Assembly: GCA_020831895.1 (NCBI GenBank)
Contig: JAFIFS010000038.1
Span: forward strand, 2,166-26,165
DNA: 24,000 nt
Direction: 5' to 3'
Source: Chromatiales bacterium
GTDB taxonomy: Bacteria; Pseudomonadota; Gammaproteobacteria; Steroidobacterales; GCA-2729495
Each line of letters begins with the position of its first letter. Position 1 is the stretch's first letter. The position numbers and the translations under genes are program-made. The notes beneath the pieces were generated by a model that saw only the letters and a list, made by a program, of their open reading frames with translations, did not search any database and was not told the origin of the DNA. Shown here in pieces: positions 9,094-17,829 of the stretch.

Positions 9094-9742
9094 GCGCCTC
9101 CAGCCGGGCTGGCGTGCCAACATCGGACCAGTAGCCACCGTGCAGTTCACCCGAGAGCTGGCCGGCAGCCGCTGCCCGGTAGAGCAGCGGCGCCAGCGGG
9201 AAGCGGCCGGGTACCTCTCCGGCGAGCAGCGCCGGGTCGAGCAACGCAATGCCCGAGTAGGTCAGCCGGTCTACCGCGCCATCGCCCACGCGGTGGCCGG
9301 ACAGCGTGAAGTCTCCCGCGGGATGATGCGACGGGTTCCGGACAAGCAGCAGGTGACCGAGCGTCCCCTGCGCCAGCACACGCGATGCGAAATCGAAGTC
9401 GCACCAGACATCGCCGTTGACGACCCAGAACGGCTGGGCGCCGAGCAGCGGCAAGGCATTGCGCAGCCCTCCGCCCGTCTCCAGAGCCACGGGACCTTCG
9501 TCCAGGTAGTCGATGCGCAGGCCGAAACGGCTGCCGTCGCCAAGGTGTTCGCGCAGCTGTGCGCCCCGCCAGCTCAGGTTGATCACGACCTTGCGAACAC
9601 CAGCGGCGGAAAGCGCGAACAGCGGGTACTCGATCAGGGGCCGCCCGCCCGCCTGGAGCAGCGGTTTCGGGCAGTCATCGGTCAGCGGCCGCATGCGCTC
9701 GCCGCGCCCCGCAGCCAGGATCATCGCTCGCATGGAGGCCAT
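9056..9742 (-). CDS. murU: N-acetylmuramate alpha-1-phosphate uridylyltransferase MurU (nucleotidyltransferase)
   Basis: Near-colinear resemblance to Pseudomonas MurU ([15 protein letters not shown]...[46 protein letters not shown]). It is divergent from lptD, as in pseudomonads. The true start may be the second in-frame ATG, three codons downstream (MRAMILAAG). Confidence 0.85.
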   Translation of the reverse strand: MASMRAMILAAGRGERMRPLTDDCPKPLLQAGGRPLIEYPLFALSAAGVRKVVINLSWRGAQLREHLGDGSRFGLRIDYLDEGPVALETGGGLRNALPLLGAQPFWVVNGDVWCDFDFASRVLAQGTLGHLLLVRNPSHHPAGDFTLSGHRVGDGAVDRLTYSGIALLDPALLAGEVPGRFPLAPLLYRAAAAGQLSGELHGGYWSDVGTPARLEALRKRLGAAGQGG

Positions 9743-9781
9743 ATTGCCGAAATCGGCGTCGGACCGCGATTTGATCTCACC

Positions 9782-9787
9782 TATACT
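9782..9787 (+). promoter_or_regulatory. Candidate -10 hexamer (TATACT) for lptD in the murU/lptD divergent spacer
   Basis: TATACT lies 36 nt upstream of the lptD start, in the least GC-rich stretch of the 80-nt spacer. There is no convincing -35 at 17-nt spacing. Confidence 0.25.
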
Positions 9788-9822
9788 TCGCCAGAATCAC
9801 GAATCGCCGGGAAAACGACCCC

Positions 9823-12039
9823 TTGTATCGCCTGCTGATCCCGCTGCTGGCCATGTCTGCCGCGGCCGCCCAGACGGTGCCGCCGGTCCTGCAGCCCGTC
9901 GCGCCGCGACCGGTCGGATGCGGGCTGGCGCCTCCTCCACTGCCAGACGCCCTGGCAGAATTTTCGGACGAGGGTCCGCCGGGCGTCCAGGTCCTGAGCG
10001 GCAACGTCAGCCTGCGCTTCGGCGGCATCGCTGACCTCAGTGACGGTGTCGCACTGCGGGACCGCGACCGCCTTCTGCGCGCGGACGGGGCGCGATACGA
10101 CGCAGAAACCGGCCGCTTTACAGTGACCGGTGACGTGGAATTCCGTGATCCGGACACCCGTATCGCCGGCAGCGCGGCAGACTACGATACGGCAACCGGC
10201 ACGCTGCGCTTCAGCGAGGCCCGCTTCAGCCTCTTCAGGCTGCCTGCACGCGGCTCCGCGGGCGAACTCCTGATCGAGCAGGCAGGCAGGGTCCAGCTGA
10301 CCGATGTCAGCTACACGACCTGTCCCGAGGAGCGCGAGGACTGGGTAATACGCGCAAGCAGCATCGCAGTGAACCGCGCGAGCGGCATGGCAACCGCGCG
10401 CAACGCGCGCCTCGAGTTCCTCGGTGTCCCGATCCTGTTCACGCCTTACCTGACCTATCCCGTCAGCAACCAGCGCAAGAGCGGCCTGCTCCTGCCGGAG
10501 ATAGGCACGAGTGGCAAGCGTGGTTTCGACCTGGAGGTTCCATGGTACTGGAACATCGCGCCGAACCAGGATGCGACCTTCACGCCACGCTACATGTCCC
10601 GGCGCGGTGTGCAGGGCCAGGTCGAGTACCGCTACCTCACGCGGGGCAGGCTGCCCTCCCGTGGCGAGCTCAGGGGCGAGCTGCTCCCATCGGACAAGGT
10701 CCGCGGCAATGACCGGTCTCTGGTCTCCTGGTTCAACCAGACGCTGCTCGGCGGGGGCTGGCGCTCGACGATAGACGCAGCGAACGTGTCTGACTCCGGC
10801 TACTTCGAGGATCTGCAGAGCGGCGTCGGTGCTTCCAGCCAGACCCACCTGCGCCGGCGTGTCGATTTCGAGCTGTTCAACCCGGCCTGGACCGTGCTGC
10901 TGCGCCTTGAGGACCACCAGACGCTGGATGATGCGATCGTGAGCGAGGACAAGCCCTACCAGCGGCTGCCGCAGCTGAACGTGCGCGCAAGCTGGCCCGG
11001 CCAGCCCCTCGGGCTCAACCTGGGCTTCAACTCGGAGCTGGTCTACTTCGACCGGAATACGGGCGTGACCGGGCTGCGATCGCGGGCCATGCCGGAAGTC
11101 TCGCTGCCTCTGAACTGGCGCGGCCTCGAGCTGGAACCCGCGGTCGCGCTCGACTACGTCAACTATGCGCTGTCGAACACCGAACCCGGTGAAGCACGCT
11201 CACCGGACCGGCTGCTCCCGATCTACAGCGTCAACCTGCGGACCGTGCTGGAGCGGGCCAGCGGACGCGGCGACCGTTTCCTGCAGACCCTTGAACCGCG
11301 CCTTCAGTTCCTTCACGTGCCGTTCCGGGACCAGGAAGACCTGCCCGTTTTCGACACCATCGAGCCTGACTTCAACCTGGTCCAGCTTTTCCGCCGCAAC
11401 CGGTTCGCCGGTCACGACCGCTACGGCGACACAACGCAGCTCAGCATGGGTCTCACTACCCGCCTGCTGAACGCGAGCGATGGCTCGCAGTTCCTCGCCG
11501 CAACCTTCGGCCAGACACGGTACTTCAGGGATCGGCAGGTGACGCTGCCGGGCGACCAGCCGAGCGACCGCAGTTCCTCCGACTACATCGGTGAACTGGG
11601 CCTCAACCTGCGCGACACCTGGCGGCTGAGCGTCGGCTACCAGTGGGACTCGGGGGAAGGCGAGACCAGCCTGGCGGAGGCGCGTGTGCTCTACAACCCG
11701 GACCGGCAACGCGCAGTGAGCGTAGCTTACCGCTTCCGGCGCGACACCCTGGAAAAGATCGACGTGGGCCTGGCCTGGCCACTCAGCAGCAGCTGGAGCG
11801 TGGTCGGCGGCTACGACTATTCGCTGCTGGATAGCGAGCCCATCGAGCGATTCATCGGCTTTGACTACAGCACCTGCTGCTGGGGCCTTCGCCTGCTGTT
11901 GCGGCGCAACCTTGTCGGACGTGACGGGGAATTCGACACCACGGTCACCCTGCAGCTGCAGCTAAAGGGACTGAGCAGCAGCGCCAGCCCGGCAGAGCGC
12001 CTGCTCGACCGTGGTATGCTCCGCTTTGATCGATACTGA
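9823..12039 (+). CDS. lptD: LPS-assembly outer-membrane protein LptD
   Basis: 738 aa. Signal peptide (YRLLIPLLAMSAAAAQ). OstA-like N-domain followed by a large beta-barrel. Has the conserved C-terminal adjacent cysteines (YSTCCWGL) plus N-terminal cysteines. Followed by surA-pdxA-rsmA-apaGH. The start codon is TTG, so the start is moderately uncertain. Confidence 0.93.
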   Translation: MYRLLIPLLAMSAAAAQTVPPVLQPVAPRPVGCGLAPPPLPDALAEFSDEGPPGVQVLSGNVSLRFGGIADLSDGVALRDRDRLLRADGARYDAETGRFTVTGDVEFRDPDTRIAGSAADYDTATGTLRFSEARFSLFRLPARGSAGELLIEQAGRVQLTDVSYTTCPEEREDWVIRASSIAVNRASGMATARNARLEFLGVPILFTPYLTYPVSNQRKSGLLLPEIGTSGKRGFDLEVPWYWNIAPNQDATFTPRYMSRRGVQGQVEYRYLTRGRLPSRGELRGELLPSDKVRGNDRSLVSWFNQTLLGGGWRSTIDAANVSDSGYFEDLQSGVGASSQTHLRRRVDFELFNPAWTVLLRLEDHQTLDDAIVSEDKPYQRLPQLNVRASWPGQPLGLNLGFNSELVYFDRNTGVTGLRSRAMPEVSLPLNWRGLELEPAVALDYVNYALSNTEPGEARSPDRLLPIYSVNLRTVLERASGRGDRFLQTLEPRLQFLHVPFRDQEDLPVFDTIEPDFNLVQLFRRNRFAGHDRYGDTTQLSMGLTTRLLNASDGSQFLAATFGQTRYFRDRQVTLPGDQPSDRSSSDYIGELGLNLRDTWRLSVGYQWDSGEGETSLAEARVLYNPDRQRAVSVAYRFRRDTLEKIDVGLAWPLSSSWSVVGGYDYSLLDSEPIERFIGFDYSTCCWGLRLLLRRNLVGRDGEFDTTVTLQLQLKGLSSSASPAERLLDRGMLRFDRY

Positions 12040-12055
12040 ACGAGCGGAGGGCGCC

Positions 12056-13363
12056 ATGCGCCACCTCAGGATCACCCTGCTTATCGCACTGCTGGCCGTG
12101 ACGGGCTTCCGGGCCAGCGCACAGACTCTGGAACTCAGCGCGACGGGCGAACTGCTCGATGGCGTTGCGGCCGTCGTGAATGACGGCGTCGTGCTGAAGA
12201 GCGAACTGGCGGTGGAGATGGACCGCATCGTCGCGCGGCTGCAGGAACAGGGCACGCCGATGCCCCCGGCAAGGCAGCTGGCCCAGCAGGTGCTTGAGCG
12301 CCTCGTGATCACGCGCATCCAGCTGCAGCGTGCCGAGCGGCTGGGTATCCAGGTACCTGACGAACTGGTGAACCAGGCACTGGCCGGAGTCGCCCAGCGC
12401 AACAACATTCCGCTGGCTGATCTGCCCGGGCTGCTGGCAGCCGAAGGCATCAACTACAACAGCTACCGCCGGGAGCTGCGCGAGCAGCTGATGCTGGAGC
12501 AGCTTCGCCAGCGTGATGTGATCTCGCGGATCGTCGTGACCCCGCGCGAGATCGAGGAATTCCTTGCCCGGCAGGAGGGCCGCGCCTTCCTGAACCACGA
12601 CTTCCGCATCTCGCATATCCTGGTCTCGCTGTCGGCTGGCGCCGACAGCAGCGAGGTCAATGCGGCCCGCGAGCGCATCGAGGATATCCATCGCCGGGTA
12701 CTGGCCGGCGAGGAGTTTGCCGAACTCGCGATCGCCTACTCGGACGGGCAGCAGGCACTGGAGGGCGGCAGCCTCGGGTGGCGCCGCGGCGACGAGCTGC
12801 CCAGCCTTTTCCAGGACGTTGCGCCTCAGCTGGCTCCCGGCGAGGTTTCCGCCCCGATCCGCAGCGCCAGCGGCTTTCACCTCGTGAGACTGGACGAGCG
12901 CCGCGGCGGCGAGCGCATCGTCGAGGACCAGACCCGTGTGCGGCACATACTCCTGGCACCCAACGAGGTGCTCGACGATGCGGCCATCCAGCAGCGCCTG
13001 GTCGAGATCCGCCGGCAGATCATCGAGGATGGCGCGGACTTTGCCGCTGTGGCCAGGGTCGTGTCCGAGGATCCTGGCTCAGCCATCGATGGCGGGGACC
13101 TCGGCTGGTCGGTCGAGGGTGATTTCGTACCCGAGTTCCAGCAGACCATCGACGGCCTGGGCCTTGGCGAAATCAGCAAGCCATTCCGCACGCCTTTCGG
13201 CTGGCACATAGCCGAGGTCACGGAGCGCCGCACCCATGACGCCACGGCAGACTACCAGCGCCAGCAGGCCATCATGGCCGTGCGCAACAGCAAGCTGGGC
13301 GAGGAAACCGAGCTGTGGACCCGCCGGCTCCGCGACGAGGCCTTCGTCGAGTACCGGATGTAG
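12056..13363 (+). CDS. surA: Periplasmic chaperone/peptidyl-prolyl isomerase SurA
   Basis: ATG at 12056 is preceded by GGAGG (12046-12050). Signal peptide (MRHLRITLLIALLAVTGFRASAQ). N-terminal chaperone domain and two parvulin PPIase domains (FRISHILV..., VRHILL...GGDLGW). Confidence 0.93.
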   Translation: MRHLRITLLIALLAVTGFRASAQTLELSATGELLDGVAAVVNDGVVLKSELAVEMDRIVARLQEQGTPMPPARQLAQQVLERLVITRIQLQRAERLGIQVPDELVNQALAGVAQRNNIPLADLPGLLAAEGINYNSYRRELREQLMLEQLRQRDVISRIVVTPREIEEFLARQEGRAFLNHDFRISHILVSLSAGADSSEVNAARERIEDIHRRVLAGEEFAELAIAYSDGQQALEGGSLGWRRGDELPSLFQDVAPQLAPGEVSAPIRSASGFHLVRLDERRGGERIVEDQTRVRHILLAPNEVLDDAAIQQRLVEIRRQIIEDGADFAAVARVVSEDPGSAIDGGDLGWSVEGDFVPEFQQTIDGLGLGEISKPFRTPFGWHIAEVTERRTHDATADYQRQQAIMAVRNSKLGEETELWTRRLRDEAFVEYRM

Positions 13364-13369
13364 CGTGAT

Positions 13370-13387
13370 GGCGCAGGCTGCTGCGCC
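13370..13387 (+). other. Intercistronic GC hairpin between surA and pdxA
   Basis: GGCGCAG-gctg-CTGCGCC forms a perfect 7-bp stem with a 4-nt loop. It lies 7 nt after the surA stop and 12 nt before the pdxA ATG. There is no U-tract. Confidence 0.4.
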
Positions 13388-13398
13388 GCTGTCGCTCC

Positions 13399-14397
13399 AT
13401 GAACACTGAGCACCGGATCCCACGTCTGGCCGTGACCTGCGGCGAGCCTGCCGGCATCGGCCCGGACATCGTGCTTGATATGGCCGGCCGTGACTGGCCG
13501 GCCGAGGTGGTAGTGCTCGGCAACCGTCGCCTGCTGGCCAGCCGGGCCAGCTCACTGGCGCCGGGAGTCGAGCTCGCCGACTGGGATCCGGCCACTCCAC
13601 GCATGCCCTCACGCCGGGGGCGTCTGCTGGTCGCCGACGAACCGCTCGGGGCCGAGGTCGTCGCTGGCCAGCTGGATGCGCGCAACGCTCCCCACGTACT
13701 GCGGCTGCTCGAGCGTGCCTGCGATGGCTGCCTGGCCGGCGACTTCGACGCGATGCTGACCGCACCGGTGCAAAAGGCCGTGATCAACGAAGCCGGCATC
13801 CCCTTCACGGGTCATACCGAGTTTCTTGCGCAGCGCTGCGGAATCGAACATCCCGTGATGATGCTGGCCACGTCGGGTCTGCGCGTGGCGCTGCTGACCA
13901 CCCACCTGCCCCTGCGCGCGGTCGCAGACCAGGTGCAGGCACCGCTTCTGCGCACGACGATCGACATCCTGCATCGTGACCTGCAGCGACACTTCGGCAT
14001 CCCGGACCCCGTGATCCTGGTGCTTGGCCTGAACCCGCATGCCGGGGAATCGGGGCACCTGGGCGACGAGGAGCAGCGCGTGATGATCCCGCTGCTCGAC
14101 CTGCTCAAGGCGGAAGGTCTGCGCCTGCTCGGTCCGCTTCCGGCTGATACCGCGTTCACGCCAACAGCGCTGGCCGGAGTGGACGCGGTGCTCGCGATGT
14201 ATCACGACCAGGGGCTTCCCGTGCTGAAGGCGCGAGGCTTCGGGGAAGCGGTCAACGTGACGCTGGGCCTGCCCGTAATCAGGACCTCCGTGGACCACGG
14301 TACCGCGCTGGACCTGGCGGGCAGCGGCCGGGCAAGTCCCGGTAGCCTCATTGCGGCCGCTGTCCAGGCCTTGGAGATGCTAGGGGCACGCGCGTGA
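13399..14397 (+). CDS. pdxA: 4-hydroxythreonine-4-phosphate dehydrogenase PdxA
   Basis: 332 aa with PdxA blocks (GEPAGIGPDI, TAPVQKAVIN, FTGHTEFL, LNPHAGE.GHLG.EE, MYHDQGLPVLK, IRTSVDHGTA). In the conserved operon position. Confidence 0.95.
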   Translation: MNTEHRIPRLAVTCGEPAGIGPDIVLDMAGRDWPAEVVVLGNRRLLASRASSLAPGVELADWDPATPRMPSRRGRLLVADEPLGAEVVAGQLDARNAPHVLRLLERACDGCLAGDFDAMLTAPVQKAVINEAGIPFTGHTEFLAQRCGIEHPVMMLATSGLRVALLTTHLPLRAVADQVQAPLLRTTIDILHRDLQRHFGIPDPVILVLGLNPHAGESGHLGDEEQRVMIPLLDLLKAEGLRLLGPLPADTAFTPTALAGVDAVLAMYHDQGLPVLKARGFGEAVNVTLGLPVIRTSVDHGTALDLAGSGRASPGSLIAAAVQALEMLGARA

Positions 14398-15176
14398 GCT
14401 TCGGCCCGCCGCGCCGACAGTTTGGCCAGCACTTCCTGAATGACCGGAACATCATCCGCAAGATCATCCGCACTATCGCACCGGAGCCAGGCGATCACTT
14501 CGCAGAGATCGGACCGGGCCGGGGCGCGCTGACGCGGGCGCTGCTCGAGCGGGGCGTACCGGTCGACGCGGTGGAAATCGACCGGGAGCTCGCCCGCGAA
14601 CTTCCACAGCTCTTTCATGGCCAGCCGCTACGCGTTCACTGTGCCGATGCGCTGAAGTTCGACTTCAGCGCGCTCGCAGGCCCGGGCCGGCTGCGCCTGG
14701 CGGGCAACCTGCCCTACAACATCTCAACGCCGCTGCTGTTCCACCTGATGAGCTTCAGCGGCCTGTTCACGGACCTGCATGTCATGCTGCAGCGTGAAGT
14801 GGTGGAGCGCATCGTTGCGCAGCCGGGCAGCCGCACCTATGGCCGGCTCTCTCTCACGGTCCAGGCGCGCTGCACGACAGAGAACCTGTTCGGCATCGGG
14901 CCGGGCTGCTTCACGCCGCCCCCGAAGGTGGACTCGGCCTTCCTGCGCCTGGTGCCGCGCGGGCCGGAGACCCTGGGTATCCGGTCGCTGGATGATTTTG
15001 ACCGTCTCGTTACGCGGGCATTTGGCCAGCGGCGCAAGCGCCTGGGCAACTCGCTTAAGGGGCTGCTGGACGACGCGCAGATCCGCGCTGCCGGCATCGA
15101 CCCGGGCCTGCGCCCGGAACAGCTCGACACCACCGCCTTCGCCCGCCTGGCCGACCAGCTGGCCAACACCGCCTGA
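14394..15176 (+). CDS. rsmA: 16S rRNA (adenine1518/1519-N6)-dimethyltransferase RsmA/KsgA
   Basis: The GTG start overlaps the pdxA stop (GTGA). Motifs: FGQHFL, EIGPGRGALT, GNLPYNISTP, PPPKVDSA. Confidence 0.95.
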   Translation: MSFGPPRRQFGQHFLNDRNIIRKIIRTIAPEPGDHFAEIGPGRGALTRALLERGVPVDAVEIDRELARELPQLFHGQPLRVHCADALKFDFSALAGPGRLRLAGNLPYNISTPLLFHLMSFSGLFTDLHVMLQREVVERIVAQPGSRTYGRLSLTVQARCTTENLFGIGPGCFTPPPKVDSAFLRLVPRGPETLGIRSLDDFDRLVTRAFGQRRKRLGNSLKGLLDDAQIRAAGIDPGLRPEQLDTTAFARLADQLANTA

Positions 15177-15186
15177 CAACGGTAGT

Positions 15187-15211
15187 GGGCGCTGTCGGCG
15201 TGTCCGCGCCC
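15187..15211 (+). other. GC hairpin just downstream of rsmA
   Basis: GGGCGC (15187-15192) pairs with GCGCCC (15206-15211) around a 13-nt loop. An outer complementary pair is GGTAGT (15181-15186) with ACTACC (15230-15235). There is no U-tract. It starts 11 nt after the rsmA stop. Confidence 0.3.
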
Positions 15212-15303
15212 GAGGTTCAGAACGGCGCAACTACCAGAGCTCGGAGTTCACGCGGCGATTTCGCTCCGGGCATGGATGGACGGGGAACGGTACAATCAGT
15301 CTC

Positions 15304-15690
15304 ATGGAACCAGGCAACATCACACCCGAGATCCAGATCAGCGTGGAGACCATGTATCTGCCCGAGCAATCCGAGCCCGAGCAGGCGCGCTATGTGTTCG
15401 GCTATACCATCAGCATCCGGAACAAGGGCGACCGGGCAGCACAGCTGCTTCGCCGCAAGTGGCTGATCACCGATGCCAATGGCAAGGTGCAGCAGGTCGA
15501 GGGTGAAGGTGTCATCGGCGAGCAGCCCGTGATCCAGCCGGGTCAATCGCACCGTTACTCCAGCGGCGCCGTGCTGGACACGCCAGTTGGCACCATGGAG
15601 GGCAGCTACGGCTTCGTCGCCGAGGACGGGCAGCACTTCCAGGCGCCGATTCCCTGCTTCCGCCTCGCCGTGCCCGGGGTCCTCCACTAG
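15304..15690 (+). CDS. apaG: ApaG (DUF525) protein
   Basis: Track ORF 14779..15690 is over-extended into rsmA. The in-frame ATG at 15304 gives 128 aa, colinear with E. coli ApaG (ARYVFGYTISIRN, LLRRKWLITDANG, EGEGVIGEQPVI.PG, GTMEGSY, FRLAVP). Confidence 0.9.
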   Translation: MEPGNITPEIQISVETMYLPEQSEPEQARYVFGYTISIRNKGDRAAQLLRRKWLITDANGKVQQVEGEGVIGEQPVIQPGQSHRYSSGAVLDTPVGTMEGSYGFVAEDGQHFQAPIPCFRLAVPGVLH

Positions 15691-15693
15691 TTC

Positions 15694-16554
15694 ATGGCCA
15701 TCTGGGCGATCGGTGACGTCCAGGGCTGCGATGAGCAGCTGGGGAAACTCCTGGACCGCCTGAACCCGACGCCCGGGCGGGACGAGATCTGGTTCGTCGG
15801 TGACCTCGTCAACCGCGGCCCGGACTCCCTTGGAGTACTCAGGCGCGTGCGCCAGCTAGGGGACATGGCGGTGTGCGTGCTCGGCAACCATGACCTGCAC
15901 CTGCTCGCGCTGGCGTTCGGGAACGGCTCGCGCGCCAGGAACCGGCACCTGACCCAGGTGCTCGATGCACCCGATGCCGATGTGCTGATCGAATGGCTGC
16001 GCCACCGGCCGCTGGCACACTACCGGCCGGACCTGGGCACGCTGCTGGTCCATGCCGGACTGCCACCCCAGTGGCATCCACTGCAGACGATACGTCTCGC
16101 GCGCGAAGCCGAGGACGTGCTGCGCGGGCCAGGCTGTGGCGCATTCCTGCAGCAGCTGTACGGCGACCTGCCAGACCTCTGGGACCCGACGCTTGCCGGG
16201 CACGACCGGCTTCGCTTCATCGTGAACGCACTGACGCGCATCCGTTACTGCCACCCCGATGGACGGCTGGAGCTACGGCGTAAAGGCCGTCCCGGCAGCC
16301 AGCCGGATCACCTCGTGCCCTGGTTCGAGGCACCGGGTCGGGCCAGCAGCAATGTCCGTATAGTGTTCGGGCACTGGTCGAGCCTGGGCCTGATGCAGGC
16401 CGCGCGCCTGCTCGCGCTGGACACCGGCTGCATCTGGGGTGGCGAGCTGACCGCTGCCCGCCTGGATGGCCCAGCCAGGATCTGCGCCGTCGACTGCCGG
16501 CCAGGAAGCCCTCTGGCCGACCACGACGACCCGCTGAGTCACGCACCCGGCTGA
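15694..16554 (+). CDS. apaH: Bis(5'-nucleosyl)-tetraphosphatase (symmetrical) ApaH
   Basis: Metallophosphoesterase motifs (IGDVQGC, VGDLVNRGPDS, LGNHD) and ApaH-type remainder (FGHWS, LDTGCIWGG). Lies 3 nt after apaG. Confidence 0.93.
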   Translation: MAIWAIGDVQGCDEQLGKLLDRLNPTPGRDEIWFVGDLVNRGPDSLGVLRRVRQLGDMAVCVLGNHDLHLLALAFGNGSRARNRHLTQVLDAPDADVLIEWLRHRPLAHYRPDLGTLLVHAGLPPQWHPLQTIRLAREAEDVLRGPGCGAFLQQLYGDLPDLWDPTLAGHDRLRFIVNALTRIRYCHPDGRLELRRKGRPGSQPDHLVPWFEAPGRASSNVRIVFGHWSSLGLMQAARLLALDTGCIWGGELTAARLDGPARICAVDCRPGSPLADHDDPLSHAPG

Positions 16555-16590
16555 GCCGGACCAGCACAGCTGTTAAGGAGCGGCACAGTC

Positions 16591-17022
16591 ATGCATCGAT
16601 CGCGCCCGATAAGCGGCACCGACAGCATCAGACCCGGAGCAGCCAGGCTCCTGCTGGCGGCCCTGCTGCTGACCGCCCTGGCCGTGCTGGCCAGCCCACC
16701 CCCGGCCCTGGAGGGTCGTTACCTGGGCGAGGGGCCAACCGGGATGCTGGAGCTGGAACTCAGGCGCGAAGACGATGGCGCGCTGCGCGGCATGATGAGC
16801 GATGGCGCAATGACCTTCCAGGTCGCCGGCCGGCAGGAAGGCCGGCAGCTGAGCGGACAGGCCTTCGAGCCGGACAGCGGCGAGATGCTGGGTTTCCTGG
16901 CGATCATCGACCCGGCCGGCGAGTGGCTCGCGGTCGCGCTGATTCCTTTTGACACCAATCGCGAGCCACTGCCGGTACTGGCCGAGACCATGGCGTTTCG
17001 TCGGATTCCGCCAGCGGACTGA
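16591..17022 (+). CDS. Hypothetical small secreted protein (no family recognised)
   Basis: 143 aa. AAGGAG (16575-16580) lies 10 nt upstream of the ATG. Positively charged N-region followed by a hydrophobic signal-like segment (AARLLLAALLLTALAVLASPPPA). Third codon positions are G/C-rich like the neighbours. I recognise no motif. Confidence 0.6.
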   Translation: MHRSRPISGTDSIRPGAARLLLAALLLTALAVLASPPPALEGRYLGEGPTGMLELELRREDDGALRGMMSDGAMTFQVAGRQEGRQLSGQAFEPDSGEMLGFLAIIDPAGEWLAVALIPFDTNREPLPVLAETMAFRRIPPAD

Positions 17023-17029
17023 GGATGGT

Positions 17030-17824
17030 TCAGACCGCAACCGGCGCCTTGATGTGTGGATGGCAGCGGTAGTCCAGGAACTCGAAGTCCTCGTAACGGT
17101 ATTCGAAGATCGATGGCGGGTGGCGCCGGATCGCGAGCCTCGGCAAGGGCAGCGGCTCTCGCCCGAGCTGCTCCTCAGCCTGGTCGAGGTGGTTCAGGTA
17201 AAGGTGGCAGTCGCCCCCCGTCCAGATGAACTCACCGGGTTCCAGGCCCGACTGCTGCGCCATCATGTGGGTCAGCAGCGCGTAGGATGCAATGTTGAAC
17301 GGCACGCCCAGGAAGATGTCGGCGCTCCGCTGGTAGAGCTGGCAGGACAGGCGTCCCCCGGCAACATGGAACTGGAACAGCGCATGACAGGGCATCAGCG
17401 CCATCCGGTCCAGCTCACCTACGTTCCACGCGCTGACCAGGATACGCCGCGAGTCGGGGTCAGTGCGCAACAGCTCGAGCGCGAAGCTGATCTGGTCGAT
17501 CGTACGCCCGTCGGCAGCTGGCCACGAACGCCACTGCGCGCCATAGACGGGTCCCAGATCACCGTTCCCGTCCGCCCACTCGTCCCAGATGGTCACTCCG
17601 GCCTCGTTCAGTGAGCGGATGTTGGTTTCGCCGCGCAGGAACCACAGCAGCTCGTGGATGATCGAGCGCAGGTGCAGCTTCTTGGTGGTGACGAGCGGGA
17701 AGCCGGCACCAAGGTCGAAGCGCATCTGGTAGCCGAACACGCTCAGCGTGCCGGTGCCCGTGCGGTCCTCCTTGCGTTCACCGTGCTCACGCACATGGCG
17801 CATCAGCTCCAGGTACTGGCGCAT
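17030..17824 (-). CDS. thyA: Thymidylate synthase ThyA
   Basis: 264 aa, highly conserved ([11 protein letters not shown]...[56 protein letters not shown]). Confidence 0.97.
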   Translation of the reverse strand: MRQYLELMRHVREHGERKEDRTGTGTLSVFGYQMRFDLGAGFPLVTTKKLHLRSIIHELLWFLRGETNIRSLNEAGVTIWDEWADGNGDLGPVYGAQWRSWPAADGRTIDQISFALELLRTDPDSRRILVSAWNVGELDRMALMPCHALFQFHVAGGRLSCQLYQRSADIFLGVPFNIASYALLTHMMAQQSGLEPGEFIWTGGDCHLYLNHLDQAEEQLGREPLPLPRLAIRRHPPSIFEYRYEDFEFLDYRCHPHIKAPVAV

Positions 17825-17829
17825 CGCGC

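Noticed and set aside
9781-10917. 378-aa minus-strand ORF opposite lptD
   Set aside because: Antisense to a strongly supported lptD, with no motifs. Shadow ORF.
15177-15303. Possible tRNA or small RNA gene in the rsmA-apaG spacer
   Set aside because: There is no cloverleaf, no T-loop consensus (GTTCRANYC) and no terminator. I can support only a simple hairpin.
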